Positions 39,801 through 53,735 of a stretch of DNA of 64,000 nucleotides are shown piece by piece. The translations under genes were made by a program, and so were the position numbers. Numbering within the stretch: position 1 is the first letter of the stretch; the number at the start of each line of letters is the position of its first letter. This DNA is from Felis catus (Eukaryota). The stretch lies in contig NC_058368.1 of assembly GCF_018350175.1 (NCBI RefSeq), positions 146,756,001 to 146,820,000 of the forward strand, given 5' to 3'. Below the pieces are notes generated by a model. It ran no database searches, was not told the DNA's origin, and saw only the letters and a program-made list of their open reading frames with translations.

Positions 39801-40269
39801 AGGGATAAAAATAAACTTTGATCATCAGAATGAGAATTGCTTGGTTTCCTTTTTTTTTTTAATAAAAAGTATGAAAGAATAAAACTGGGCAACATACATA
39901 TGCTCATTTTGGAAGGACTGGATTTTTTTTTAAAGTTTAATTTGTAAGTAACAGAAATTTCCTATTTCTATTAGTGTCCAAGACAGTGACTTGACAGATT
40001 TGATACACTTCAAAGACCACAGTTGTCTCCAGGGGAAACAGCAGGCCCTCATTATTATTTTACAGATTCTGCTGTGAAATCTAGAGGACATCATTCAGTT
40101 TCACCAAATTATGAAAGCATCGGCATGACCAAACAACAGATCTTTGCATTGCTGTGTAATTTATATGAAGTCTTTTAAACAATAGGACAAAAGCAATTAG
40201 TTGCAGAAAAACAATTTAGAAATATGGTATTGGACTATTACCCATTGTTTTTCGTTCCTTTAAAAGTGT

Positions 40270-40501
40270 CATTATTATTATTTTTTTTTTAATTTTTTTT
40301 TTGTTTATTCATTTTTGAGAGAGACAGAGACAGAGCGCGAATAAGGGAGGAGCAGAGAGAGAGGGAGACACAGAATCCGAAGCAGGCTCTAGGCTCCGAG
40401 CTGTCAACACAGAGCCTGACGTGGGGCTCGAACTCATGAACCATGAGATCATGACCTGAGTGAAATTGGATGCTCAACCAACTGAGCCACCCAGGCACCC
40501 C
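40270..40501 (-). mobile_element. SINEC_Fc
   Basis: Reverse-complement Can-SINE within an (ATT)n target. Confidence 0.93.
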
Positions 40502-40589
40502 TATTATTATTATTATTTAGCAGTTCATTGCCAAAGAAATGTATGTAACAGAAAAAAGAGAAGGTGTTACAAACCGAAGTTTGCCTTGT

Positions 40590-40800
40590 AAAAAATTTTT
40601 TTTCACGTTGATTCATTTTTCAGAGACAGAGAGAACACAGTGTGAGCTGGGGAGGGGCAGAGAGAGAGGGAGACACAGAATCCGAAGCAGGCTCCAGGCT
40701 CTGAGCTGTCAGCACAGAGCCCGACATGGGGCTCGAACTCACCCTGGGATCATGACCTAGGCCGAAGTTGCCTGCTTATCCTACTGAGCCCAGGCACCCC
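40590..40800 (-). mobile_element. SINEC_Fc
   Basis: Reverse-complement Can-SINE. Confidence 0.92.
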
Positions 40801-41034
40801 TTAAAGTCTGTCTTTTAAAAGTGAATTGCAGATTCTGCAAAATAACCAGTGTTAGTATTGGTTACTTTCTCAATAGGGTACACAGATGAAGTAGCCTCAA
40901 GACTTGAGGATTTCTTAGATTAATAAAATGTAAAAAAAAAAATAAAACAATAAAACTGGGGAACATATTTAAGATGGCTAAACAAGGACATTAAAAATAC
41001 TCTTCTCCCAAGAAAAAACTCCACCAACATCATT

Positions 41035-41175
41035 TGAATTGTTTTTATTGTGGTAAAATGTACATAAAATTTGCCACTTCAACCATTTTTAAGTATACAT
41101 TTCATTGGCATCAATTACTTTCACAGTGTTGTGTAACCACCACCACCAGTATTTCTAAAAATTTTTATCACTTCA
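41035..41175 (-). mobile_element. Old L1M 3'-end fragment
   Basis: TTTTATTGTGGTAAAATGTACATAAAATTTGCCACTTCAACCATTTTTAAGTATACA...TTCACAGTGTTGTGTAACCACCACCAC. Confidence 0.7.
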
Positions 41176-42036
41176 AAGAAAAAGCTAATTCCTCCCTGGC
41201 ATTCCAAACTGGGAGGCAAAAATTCAATTGTCAGCTCCACGATGAGTCATTTGAGAAAATTGCACAGGTTTTAAAAATGGTTCCTTATTTTTGTGACATT
41301 TGTTACCACTTGGCTGGTTTGGATCTGTGAGACTAACACTGTGGAAGGTGTTAGTTTCCTTAGGGCACACAGACTGGTTCTAGGTAGTTTCACCATGAGC
41401 ATCCTTGCTGCAAGTATTTTTGCTACAAATATTCAGCTGCATGAATAAATGGTAAAGGCAATTTTGCCATAAAAGATTAAAGAAAAAACAACTGGTTGCA
41501 CTTTTGGTTTGGTAGTTTGTTGGTTTCATCAACTGGTTGACAGTTTGGTTTTATTTGTTCGTTGATGCAGTACTCCCATTTTATGTTACACAAATTTTAG
41601 CCTTCGTACAGTGACACAGAGTTTGAACCCATGTTTCCCATAGAGCTTTGGAATGTCTCAAAGGGACAGGTGACAATATGCCAAGAACAAACAACAACAT
41701 AACAGGCTTTTCTATTGTGATACAAAGCTCAGTTACAGATGTGCATCCTCATATTTGGACACTGTTAAGCCTCTTAATGAAGGACGAGATTGTAGAGAAG
41801 AAAGAAGAAGCGAGATGCTGAACAAGGAGTTGAATCAACAGGGAAAAAAAAAAGTCCTAATACTATGAATGAAAGACTTTGAAGACAAGTGCTTAGCAAC
41901 CATCCACAAAACAAAATCAGTTCTTTGTTCGTATTGCCATGACTATACACACATTTTAAATGTATTCAAGTATTTAGTATTTCGTAATAAAGTCTTTTTA
42001 ATTTTGTTATTCCTATTTCATATTTAATTATGCCCC

Positions 42037-42247
42037 TTTTTTAAAGTTTATTATTTTTTTATTTTGAGAGAGAGAGAGCGAGAGAGAGCGAGAGCACACG
42101 CAGGGTAGGAACAGAGAGAATCCCAAGCAGACTCCACACTGGCAGCTCAGAACCTGATGTGGGGCTCGAACTCACCAACCATGAGATCATGACCTGACCT
42201 GAAATCAAGAGTTAGATGCTTAACCACCTGAGCTACCCAGGCACCCT
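42037..42247 (-). mobile_element. Older Can-SINE
   Basis: Reverse-complement copy; ATTATGCCCT-like flanks. Confidence 0.9.
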
Positions 42248-43261
42248 TCATTATGCCCTTTTAAATGAATGTGCCTTTAAAAAAAAATTTGTAGTTTTTT
42301 ATGGCACAGTGGTCTTACTGCCAGTTAGTTAGGCCATGAAAATATCTGCAGCAAAAATGCTTGTGGTGAAGACGCTTACGGTGAAAATACCATATATAAG
42401 CCAAACCTGTTGGAGAATGAGCAACTGAGATGGGTTTCTGTCTTCATGGCTGTGCTTAGCATAATCTGCTGCAAATGACCGCTCTGTCTCTCTAGGCCAT
42501 GCCTTGTTAACATTGTTCCTCCAGCATCATGTAGTGCCTGGCGGCAACAAGGGTCTAGGACCACCACGGGCTGGTGCTGCCTAGTGCCTCAGCCGGCTAT
42601 GGCAGTGAGACGTGGGTGTGACGGGGTTTGCTTTATATCCTGATGTGGCTCCAAGATAAACACATTTTACAGACACAATTAAAGATACCTGTTAAGAGCC
42701 CAATATTTAAGCAGAATACATAAGTGAGATCTTGGTTTCTCACTGTACCTCACACATTACATTTGAGTAGCATGCATAATTTCGGAAAAAAGTAAGGAGC
42801 ATCTTACTCATTTAGCTGAGAATATTTTGTTTCCTTCAAACTGGAATGACTCTAGTTTTTTCCTAAAGTTGCTCGCCAGGAGTCAGAGCCTCCCATTGTT
42901 TGGCTATGATTCTGTTGTGTCTAGTCAGCTGTGCATCAAAAACTTTTATGAGGGCCCTTTCTGCTGTCTTGGCTGCCCCCCTCGGTCCCCAGACAGCCTT
43001 CAGTGTCCTTTCCAAGGGATCGTTGCTTTTAATTTGTCAGAGACAGCTTCAGTTTCTACACCAGCTATTCCTAAATGCAAAGGGTGCTGAGCCTCTCTTC
43101 CGGGACTCAGCATTTCAGGAAAAGCCAACCTGAAAAGGCCAGAGGACAGGCTCTAATGATCCATTCTTGCCCTGTCCTCAACTAGCCGATCTGGGTTTGA
43201 GACCTTCTTGGATTTGTCTGTAGCCCATCTTTGCTTTCATCTGGAGTTTGAAGTCTGACCT

Positions 43262-43475
43262 GGTGCACCTGGCTGGCTCAGTTGGTTAAGTGTCTGACTT
43301 CAGCTCAGGTCATGATCTCATGGTTTGTGGGTTTGAGCCCCGCGACGGGTTCTGTGCTCACAGTTCAGGGCCTGGAGCCTGTTTTGGATTCTGTGTCTCC
43401 CTCTTTCTCTGGCCCTCCCCTGCTCTCTCTCTCTCTCTCTCTCTCAAAAATAAATAAGCATTAAAAAAAAAATAA
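43262..43475 (+). mobile_element. SINEC_Fc
   Basis: TSD AAGTCTGACCTG. Confidence 0.93.
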
Positions 43476-46400
43476 AGTCTGACCTGAAGATACATAAAGG
43501 TATGTGTGTTTCTTGCCATTTACTTAAATTCAAAAGAAATAGTTCTATTTGCTTAAACTGTATCTGAAAGGATTTATAAGAAACACAAGCAGCTAATAAC
43601 TTTGGTAGCCTGTGGGAAGGTAAGGTGGATATTTGGGAGAGAAACCTTGAGAGATTTTCATTGTGTACACTTACATGTATTTAAAAAATTTGGAACTGTG
43701 CAAATATATAACCCATGCCCACACTAAATAGAATGATACAAAAATAAACAAAATAGTCGGGGAAATTTAATTGACAAGTAAACGCAAAGCTTTGCCAAAA
43801 TTATCTCTGGAGAGATGCACAGGAAGATGGTAGCCACAACTACAGTATATTGTGTGATTGCAGGAGTATATTTTTGTAGACCTATGCGTCTGTTAATAAA
43901 AATGTTACCTTTAAATATGTCTTCGAAGCATGAAAGTTTTACTTCATTTTCCCTATTCCCAAGCCATTGACAAAGGTCCTGACTGTTGTCTAGTTTTGAC
44001 TATAAAGGGTAAGTCCAATGCTAGAAATCTGGGAAGTGAGGTCTACTCTTTGCTGTAAAGTGATTACAGCTGTTTGTGACCATCTGTGACCCTGCCATTT
44101 GGACTCACACACTATAAGAATACACTTCTCCCCACATTGGCCCTGACCTCCTGCCAGGGCCCACTTTGTTTCCAACTACTGTATAGTCTGTGCCCTGCTA
44201 GCTCCTATCAATCTGCAGCTGAACCAAATTACCTAGAACTGTGGCTTCCCGATGTCCTTAAACGGCACGTGTCCTTTCTGTCAAGACCTGCATTATCTGA
44301 TGTGATGTGCTATGGAGCACTCTCTTAGATATTGACCATATCCATCTTCCTTCCTTGCCTTAGAGCTAAATGGATTCTGTAATGGGAAACTGCCCACACC
44401 AAAATATAGTATTGTTTTGAGTGATGTTTATCATGAATGTGCACTGTGTTATTGTCTTATCCAAGTTTCATAGTAAAAAATAAGGATAAATGTTGTCATT
44501 GTTTTAGAGCCTAGAGGTTGATCTATGGCAATATTTGATTAAAAAAAAAAAACAACCATTTTTTTTCCCCTTGGGACAGTGGAACTTTTTCTTCCCAACG
44601 GATATATTAGACAAACCTTTGCCACATATATCTGATAAAAGGTGAGCTTCTCTGCTTGAAACAGGTATTAGGAGACTCCAAGTAGCTCTAAGGGATCCAT
44701 CCATTGAACACAGTGTAAAAATCTTTGTTCTCAGAGGTAAACCTGAAACTGTTAATATCCTGAAAAATACTCTGTCTCTTCTCTGTTTTTCTAGCAGGAA
44801 GAAGTAAGTTGTGATGAGAGTGTTTAGCTCTGTCTGCTAAGTTCTTTGTGGGCTTTGTTTTTCCATGTTCATGATTTGTTCATGTATGTTTTTGGTAGTT
44901 ATAATTCTTTGATGAAACATATGGGCTCTTGTATTGTGTTACTTAACCTTTCTGTGATTCTGTTTCCTCCTGAGTAAAATGGAGTCAAGCCACCTTCTTC
45001 CTAGATTCTTGTGTGAGTTAGATGAGGTAATTCGCTTAGAACTTAGCCTTGTGCCTCGCACACCGTAAGTGCCCAGTGACTCTTACTAACCAACATTTGC
45101 TGAGATCCAAATTGTGCCAGGTATGCAAACCAGCTTCTCTCTTCCACATTGGCTTCTTTCCTGTGCTCTTTCAGAAGACTTTCCTAGAAAGTATTGCTTC
45201 CTGAGAAATTGACATCTCATCAACTTTCTTTGATTCTTCTAATCTAGTAGTTCTTAGCAGGACAGGAGTACACCCGGGACCACCACCTTGAAGCCTTTTC
45301 AGAAAACCCAAATCTATCTACATCTATAGAATCTAACTTCTTCCTGCCTCCTCTTCAATTTCCCTGGGGGTTCCAGACAGTCTTCACTTGGGGACAGGGA
45401 TGGCATGTATTCATTGGCAGCTGTCCCCTGCTCCACCTCATTCCTCTAACTCCTCTTAAGAATCATGATGGTAGCAGGATTTCTCCAAGAAATAGGAATA
45501 GTTCATAAGAATAGTTTCTTCAGGGTCCAAGGCCAAATGTTTTTTTGTAGTGATTTGATTTCTTCTGAAACATAGTTGTATCGATGGAATACAATAAAAT
45601 GAGAGCCTTTCTCACCTATTAATTCGCTCAACAGTCTTCAAGAGTTGATTCCTGTTTGGGTTAGGAACATGAGGATTAACCTGCCTGAGTCTGAATCTCA
45701 GCTTCCCCCTTAATAACCATATGATCAGGGGCAAGCTTTGAACCTTTCTCAACTTCAGTGAGGATAACCACCTTCATTCAGTGCTGTGGTGAGTCCTAAA
45801 CGAGATGACTGCGGTAGTGCATTTTCTGTTGTGGATCACACATAGTTAGTGGTTTTAAATGTTAATATTAGCTTATATTATTGCCATTGCTTCATCCAAT
45901 ATAACTGGCCCCTGGACTAGAGATAACCTTACTACCGTTGTCAACTCAGCGTTATCTACTCTGGTTAACAATTTTCAGATTTTAAATTTATGTTATCAAA
46001 GACTTTTATGCATAATGAACTAGTATTTAATTACTGTTATTTTAAACCAAATCATAGTGATAGAGAGATTAAGGAATACATTATAGGAAAATAAAATAAA
46101 AAATAAAATTTGAATATTTCACTAATAGGGTGAATGACATTCCTAATAAAAATATACTTTTCAGGGTTTTAAATGTCCTACAGGTTTCTTTCAAAGGGTA
46201 TGGGGAAACCAAAACATTAGCATGAGTCATTTATCTTCATTAGGCTGTAATTAACCACACACTCTTTAATTAGTGGAAATGTGGCTTTATGTGGTAAAGG
46301 GGTAGAGATCAAATCTACTTGTCTCTGCTCAGACCACTTCCACTTTGTGGTGAAATGTAAGGTCAAATTATCCGTAATTTGAAGAAAAGACATTGTTGGT

Positions 46401-47149
46401 TTTATACACTAGTATGGTTAAAGTCTTCACTTAGTATGCCGGACATCAAGATAATACTGTCACAGAGTCAGCCCTGGAGGCATAAGGGATCTTTTGCTTC
46501 TTTAGTTAATAAACAATCATAAATTGATAGTCTAGAATGTGTCAAGTATTAAGTTGAGTGCTGAAACAAATGAAAGGTAAGTTGAACACAAATGCCCAGG
46601 TGGGCAAGGCTGAGGGAAGTGATGGGAACACCAAGGTGCTGAGAATGACAGGGAGTGGAACGGACCATGCCATTGCGGTGAGCGCATGCTCCATTCTGAA
46701 GGGGAGCAGGATACCGATTCCTGCTGATGTTGTCCAACGGGAATGCAGGTTGAAAAACAGCAGGTCTTTGGAATTTTCAGCAGATGCTAGAAATGAAGAT
46801 TTTCATGCAAATATCTCCAATTTTAAAATGTTTGCAATTAATTTAGATTTTTAAAGAAGTTACATGAAAAAAAAATACCGCATTTCAGTGAGCAGGATTG
46901 ACTCTGGGAAGCAAATATGTGGTATCTGCATCCTCTTTCCCCCTACCTGTTGGTATTGAGCACCTCTGAAGCTCAGACGGGGCTGTCTCCTTATCTCTAC
47001 CTGCATTTCCTCCTTCTCTAGGTGTTCTCAGCTGAGGCATGGCTATAAATAGCACTATGTGCTGACGATTCCAAAACTTTCTAGCAGTGTAATTTTCCCT
47101 GAGCACCAAATGAATAAATCCACCTATCTGCTGGGCATGTATTGGATGC

Positions 47150-47800
47150 CGAATAGACAACTCGAGTCCCTCTTCCCCTGCCCAAACCTGTTCTTCCCCC
47201 AATTTTCCTCCATTTATTTATGCCTCTACCATCTGTTCATTTGTTCAAGGCAAAATCTCGAAGTTGAGCTTGATGTGCCTCTTTCCCTTCATCTCTGTAT
47301 CTATCTCTACTCCTTTTGTTTTCTAACTGGTTCATCTCCACCACCATAGTTTCTCATCTAAAGTACCTCAAGACCTTAAATATCTTACCTTTCCACTTGG
47401 CACGTCATAATTCAGTATTAATGTGGACTTTTGTATTTGTAAACCATATGACATTACTGTCTTGCTCAAAACCTTGTAACCACTTTCAAATGCTTTTAGA
47501 ATAAAGTCTGAACTCTAGACCAAATACAAAGCAATGTGGTCTCACTCCTGCCTACTCTTCCAACTCATCTTAAATCACACCCTCTTCCCTGTGAGGCTGC
47601 AGTGCCTCCAGCTTCTTTCCAGCCTAAAGACACCATATTAGTCCTATCACAGCGAATTTTCATTTCTCACTCTTTCTACCTGGAGTGCTCTGTCCCTGGC
47701 TTTTGATGTGACTGGTTCCTGCTTACTATTCAGATCTCAGCTCACAGAACCCTGCTTGACTCTCCTCTACAGCAATTCATCCCATGCCCCCCTGGAGGCC
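47150..47800. mobile_element. L2-like fragment
   Basis: Pyrimidine-rich decayed sequence with CTTTTAGAATAAAGTCTGAACTC and TGGTTCCTGCTTACTATTCAGATCTCAGCTCA, typical of L2. Confidence 0.55.
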
Positions 47801-49456
47801 CCCTCACAATCTTAGTATACTGTAGGCAGTTTACAAAAACCCATTACTTTATTCATCTTTTAAAATAAGGTATTCTGTTTCCTTGAAAACATTTCAGGGA
47901 AATACAGTATTAAGCATCTAATCAGCTTTTCATTATTTTACGCTACAAGACTCCTTGTTAATGATTGTGTGATAAAAGAAAAAGCAAAGTGAGAATTAAA
48001 AATAATTATATGCAGATTTTGGAGATTTAAAACCTATCAGTATAACTTATGATACTTTTCAAAAGAAAGTAATAATTATTCATAACCCACATTACACTAG
48101 GGAAGAAAACTTTAAAATTTACCCATCTATTCTTAAAAAAAACAAAACAGGAAAAATAAACTTGTGTGAAGATGTTAATTCTTTTTTCTTACCAACATAA
48201 TTAGCCACAGATAATCAAAAATCCATAGTGAAAAAATAGAGTCCTGTAACTAAGAACATAAGAAATTTACATAATGCCTATCGTGACTTATAAGGAAACC
48301 TATCTTCAACCTCCACATCTCTTGTTCACCTGTGCTTTCACTGTAATTCAGTGAATAACTGTAACTCTGAGCCAAATACACAGACATCATTTCCAATGCT
48401 TTCCAGGAATAAGGCAAAGCAAGCACGATTACAAATAGAATCATCTAGAAGTGGGAATCTCCATACTTCAAGGATAGGTTTTCAGTGGTGTTCTTATTTA
48501 AAGTTTATAATCCCTCTTTAGAAACAAGGTAGGGCACTCCTTTTTTTCCTTCTTCACCTAACTGACCCACTTGACTATAGTGAATGCTCCCTGTTCTAAC
48601 ATGCCTTGTTAATTTCATATGTGATGGACTGTCGACTTTATGTGTTTTTATCTTTAATGTCCCTGACCCTTCTGAGTGGGCAGGGTTGGAAAAGGTAGTT
48701 CTGGAGAATTCTTGTTTAACTTCAGTTGTTCAATATACTTCACAGAATAATCCATAAGTGTGTGAAAACATACTACTCAGAGCTCATACATGTGGTAACT
48801 AGTCACTGAGTAAGCATAAAAGTCAAGTAACCAACATATGTAATTTAAATAAGATTAAAATACCTACTCTTTGTATTGACTACATTTTTGAGGGCACATA
48901 TGTTTAGTGCTACTACAGTATACACAAAATATTTCTGAAGTTTTATAGAAATTTTACATTTCTTGTTCTTTCATTGTCTTCATTTTGAAATAAAAATATT
49001 TCCATAACAAAGATTTATCCCCACTGGATATTATCAGTTTGATAACCCCTAATTGAATATTTTAACTTTTTACCATTTTGGTAGATTTTTCTATTCCAAA
49101 AGACTCTCCTAAAACAGTAATTTTCTACCTCACATTTAAAATAAAGTGCCAAATCAATAAAGAAATCTAAATCTATTTTTTCTTGATATCTAGTAAAGTC
49201 AAAGAAACATAGCATGTTGAAATTACTTTAACATTAAGCCATTAAGCTATAGGTCAGTGCTTTAGCTGAGTCAACATTGGTTCTTGCAAAACTGCAACCG
49301 AAGGGAAAGGTTTCTGTATTAAATGGATTTTCTCAGTATTTGGGAAAGTTTCCAAATAATTATTGGTTTCCTGCATGATTTGCGCATATCGGCACCCAGA
49401 ATGGGACAGAGAAAGCAATGGCTGTTGGTGTGAATTTGTTGCTACCTGAAGAGATT

Positions 49457-49660
49457 AAAAAAAATCTTTATGTTTATTTATTTTTGAGACAGAGAGAACT
49501 GGGGAGGGGCAGAGTGAGAGGGAGACACTGAATCTGAAGCAGGCTCCAGGCTCTGAGCTGTCAGCCCAAAGCCTGGACATGGGGCTCAAACCCACAAACT
49601 GTGAGATCACGTCCTGAGCCAAAGTCAGACACTTAACCAACTGAGCCATCCAGGCGGGCC
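49457..49660 (-). mobile_element. SINEC_Fc
   Basis: Reverse-complement copy; AAGAGATT flanks. Confidence 0.92.
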
Positions 49661-50559
49661 CAAGAGATTTTTAAGTGTAGGTTTTTATACCTGGAAATAT
49701 TATAAAATGTGTTGCTTTAATGTGCTTTATAGAATAACATAGAATCAGCATTCTAGGTTACTCAGTAACAAGTTTAGAAATATTCTTAAGATGTATTTTA
49801 TGAGTTTAAATCTACTAAGTGATAAAAACTTTAGTGAGTATGGATACAAAGTTCTAAACAATAAGAGTTTTTTGTTTAGTAGCTCTTTACTCTTTTCTCC
49901 ATGTTTCCACCTCTGTTTAACACTTACTTTGTTCGTTTTTGGTTACCTTTTGTTGCCATAATTTTGTTGGTAATCTCACTGAGGACATGGTCTGTCCTTC
50001 CTCAGAGAATAACCCAGTGCTTTGCTTGAAAGAGGCCAATGTTCATCAAGTGCCTGACTGCAGATTTTCTCAAAAGGACACACAAATGCAGAGAAGGCTA
50101 GGGCATGGGCTAGCAGATGCAAAGTTGGTATGAAAATGTACGTATTTCTGAATCAAGATTAAGGAATTTATAGAAATTATATATTAATCTATAATCATTT
50201 AATCCCTTGCCTTTTCTATTCATGACCGTTGAGTACGTATGTATGTATGTGTAATTATACAATGTGTGTGTATCCAGGACTATATAGTTGAAGAAAGGTG
50301 TTGCCATGTTTGACTTTTATCTGTAATTTAAAGAAACTGCTTTTCTGAATGCTTCTGTTTAAATAAAAGTAATAGTAGGTAATGGTGTTCTCTCTGTAGC
50401 ATTCCATGATTTTTCCATCAGTTATCATAGTCCTTAGTTCTATATTCATAGTAATGTCTGTTTCATCCTCTTACTGGACGAAAAGCTGCATGAAGACAAA
50501 GACTGTGTGTTCTGTTCATCATTCTGTCCCCAATGCCTGTAAGAGTAGGTGCTTGCCAC

Positions 50560-51103
50560 AGACGGAATGTCTGTATGCTCTCGAAATTCCTATGTTAAGG
50601 ACAGCTGGGTGCCTCAGTCAGTAAGCATCTGACTCTTGATTTTGGCTCAGGTCACGATCTTACAGTTTATGAGTTCGAGCTCTGCATCGAGCTCCACACT
50701 GATAGTGTGGAGCCTGCTTGGGATTCTCTCTCTTTCCCCCTCTCTCTGCCCCTCCCCACTCATACTTTCTCTCTCTCAAAATAAATAAACTTAAACATTT
50801 TTTTTTCATATGTTGAACACTGATCCCCAAGTAATGATTTGTAGAGGTAGAACCTTTAGTATGTGATTAGGTCATGAGTATGAGTCCTCATGAATGGGAT
50901 TAGTGCCCTTATAGAAAAGAGACAGGAGGGCTACCTTGTTCTTTTCTACCTTGTTCTGTGAATCATGAAGCTAGCTCTCATCAGACAGCAAATATTCCAG
51001 TGCTATGATTTTGGACTTCTCAGCCTCCAGAACTGTGAGAAGTAAGTTTCTGTTATTTATAAGCCACCCGATTTATGGTATTCCCTTATAGCAGCCCCAC
51101 TAA
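50560..51103 (+). mobile_element. MLT1A-like MaLR solo LTR interrupted by a SINE
   Basis: GATTAGGTCATGAG...CTCATGAATGGGATTAGTGCCCTTATA...GGACTTCTCAGCCTCCAGAACTGTGAGAAGTAAGTTTCTGTTATTTATAAGCCACCC...ATAGCAGCC. Confidence 0.85.
50599..50805 (+). mobile_element. Can-SINE inside the MLT1 LTR
   Basis: CTGGGTGCCTCAGTCAGTAAGCATCTGACTC...CT tract...AAAATAAATAAAC. Confidence 0.88.
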
Positions 51104-52115
51104 GTGCATGTACGTTTGTGTGCAGTACATGATTATTTTCCTTCTTTTGATGGCTCATTTATTATAGTCATATTCTTAGTTTGACCAAATGATAAGCCTG
51201 TGTTTAATGTAGTTGGTTCTTATTATCGTATTTGGCTTTATGTCCTATTGTAAACTAATAGATTTCAGAAAGTTCATTCAATACTCATGATATTGCTAAG
51301 TTTTACAATTTTATGGTTAACTTTGCTGATATTTTATAGCTAGTAGTTTCTAGATAGAATTATCAATAGTATATATATTTCTGTAAGTGCAACTTGGAAA
51401 ATACACTTAATCTTTGTGGATTTTAAATTTGTGCCAAATAGCATTATTCTGCCTCAAAACTACAAAAATGAATTAATTTAACTTTTCAAGACAGACTCAG
51501 AGTCCAAATGAGTTTTAAGTGGAAGAGAGAAAATTAAGCTGGAATAACACTTATCCCGTTCTCACATTAAACTTTGGCTCTGCAGACGGTTTGTGATCAT
51601 ACATTATTAAATTCATTCCACCCACTGTGATCCACTCTGCACCACCAGATCCCAACTCTGCAGATATTACATAAGGAACAGGATAGCACTGCAGTGACCA
51701 AACATAAATCGAACACTCTTCAAAGCTGCCTACACACATCAGGAAGATTGCTGCCTCCTGCCTCTGGTGGACTCTCATGGAGCGTAACATGCTGTGTGCA
51801 GGATGGGAGCCATGCATACGAGCAAACAAAATTTGCTACCACACTCCCAATCCTCCTCCTCATCGACTGCCTGTCATTCCACGAACTAGAAAGACACCTC
51901 ATGGCTTTGGTATCACTGAATAGGGCTGGATTAGAAAAAGTACCTGGATTCTGGTCTTGCATTTATTCAACAAACATGTATTGATCACCTACTAGGTGCC
52001 AGGTAGTGGTTCAGGTGACTGGATATATCCGACGAAGATCCCTATCTACACTTGTGGAGTGGACGGACACATGAAGCAGAGATGGATACAATTACATAAA
52101 AATAAGTAGAGTAGA

Positions 52116-52321
52116 GGGGTGCCTGCATGGCTCAGTCATTTAAGCACCTGACTTCGACTCAGGGCATCATGTCCTGCTTCATGGTTCGAGCTCCGCTCTG
52201 GGCTCTGTGCTGACAGCTCAGAGCCTGGAGCCTTCTTCAGATTCTCTGTCTCTCTCTCTCACTCTGCCCCTCCCCTGCTCATGTTGTGTGTATCAAAAAT
52301 AAATGAATAAATGTTAAAAAC
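52116..52321 (+). mobile_element. SINEC_Fc
   Basis: TSD AATAAGTAG(A/G)GTAGA. Confidence 0.92.
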
Positions 52322-53356
52322 AATAAGTAGGGTAGATAATCAGCGCTACAGAGAAAAGGAAGAGAAGGTGTGAGAGAGATCGGGGTGTCCGAGGAGGGGC
52401 AGAATGCTGCTGAGAGAGAAATTTCATTAAGAAAATGAGAAATGAGCCCAGATTTGAAGAAAGGGAGGGCATTAGCTGAGAGTCAATTCCCTCATCAGCC
52501 ATGCAACCTGGGACAAGCAAGTAAAGGCTGTGAGTCTTGATTTCCTCATTTGTACAATGGGCTATTGATCTAGATGATCTACACTAGTTCTTTTGAATTC
52601 TCAAATTCTATAAACTATGATTCAACTTATGCCAACATTACAGAATGGAAGCAATCCTATAGTGTAAAGTGTCACATATGCTAAATGCTGTGAATGACAC
52701 AGGACTTAAATGTTCATTACGATAGCAATAATTTGGAAGTATCTCATTACACTTACTCGTTTTTCAACCAACATATGTTAAGCACCTACTATGTGCCAAG
52801 CACTACTATACAGTTGGGGTTTTACAAAGCTCACGGTCTGATGAGGCAAGGGAGGCACGTTAGTTAGCAAAAAGGAACGCACATTAAACTGGAACAGAGG
52901 AGTCGTTTGGGACACACAGCGAATGGAAGGACCAACCACAATGAGTGGGAATGTCCATTTCTGTCAAGGGTTCCTGGTACACATTATCTTTTCCTTTTAA
53001 TATTCTTTCAAAAAATTTAAAGTAGCTTATCTGTGTTTACCTAGTAAGTATGTTAAGGGAAATATTACTTATGTTTGGAAGGCTTCAGTTTCCATAGGAA
53101 AGTAAAAATTATAAGATGATGTTTAACAATGTTGAACAAATCTTAAATTGTGAAATTAAGGAGGACAAAGAGGCAACTTATAAAATGTTTACTCCCTTAG
53201 AGCTAAGGTAATGATATGGTTCTGTTAACAAATGAATTTGAAAAGATAACCACTGGTTTTCCACTGGTATTTGTGCTCCTTTTTCTATTTAAAAGTCAGG
53301 GTTTTGTTGTTGTTGTTGTTGCTGCTGTTATTATTTTTATTATTTTTTTCACAACT

Positions 53357-53577
53357 ATTTATTTATTTATTTTAAATGTTTGTTTATTTTTGAGAGACAG
53401 TGAGAGACAGAGCACAAGCTGGGGAAGGACAGAGACAGGGAGACACAGAATTCCAAGCAGGCTCCAGGCTCTGAGCTGTCAGCACAGAGCCTGATGCGGG
53501 GCTCACACTCACGAACTGCAAGATCATGGCATGAGCTGAAGTCAGGCGCTTAACTGAGTGAGCCATCCAGGCAGCCC
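53357..53577 (-). mobile_element. SINEC_Fc
   Basis: Reverse-complement Can-SINE adjoining an L1 tail. Confidence 0.92.
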
Positions 53578-53579
53578 TC

Positions 53580-53735
53580 AACTTTTTATTTAAGTTCCAG
53601 CTAATTATCATACAGTGCAATATTAGTTTCAGGTATAGAATTTAATGATTCAACACTTCCATACGACACCTTATGTTCATCACAAGTGCCTTCCTTAATC
53701 CCCATCACCCATTTAGCCCATCCCCTCCACCCATA
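53580..53735 (-). mobile_element. Carnivore L1 3'-end fragment
   Basis: CTTCCATACGACACC...CATCACAAGTGCCTTCCTTAATCCCCATCACCCATTTAGCCCATCCCC is homologous to the reverse complement of the L1 3' UTR at 1400-1490. Confidence 0.85.
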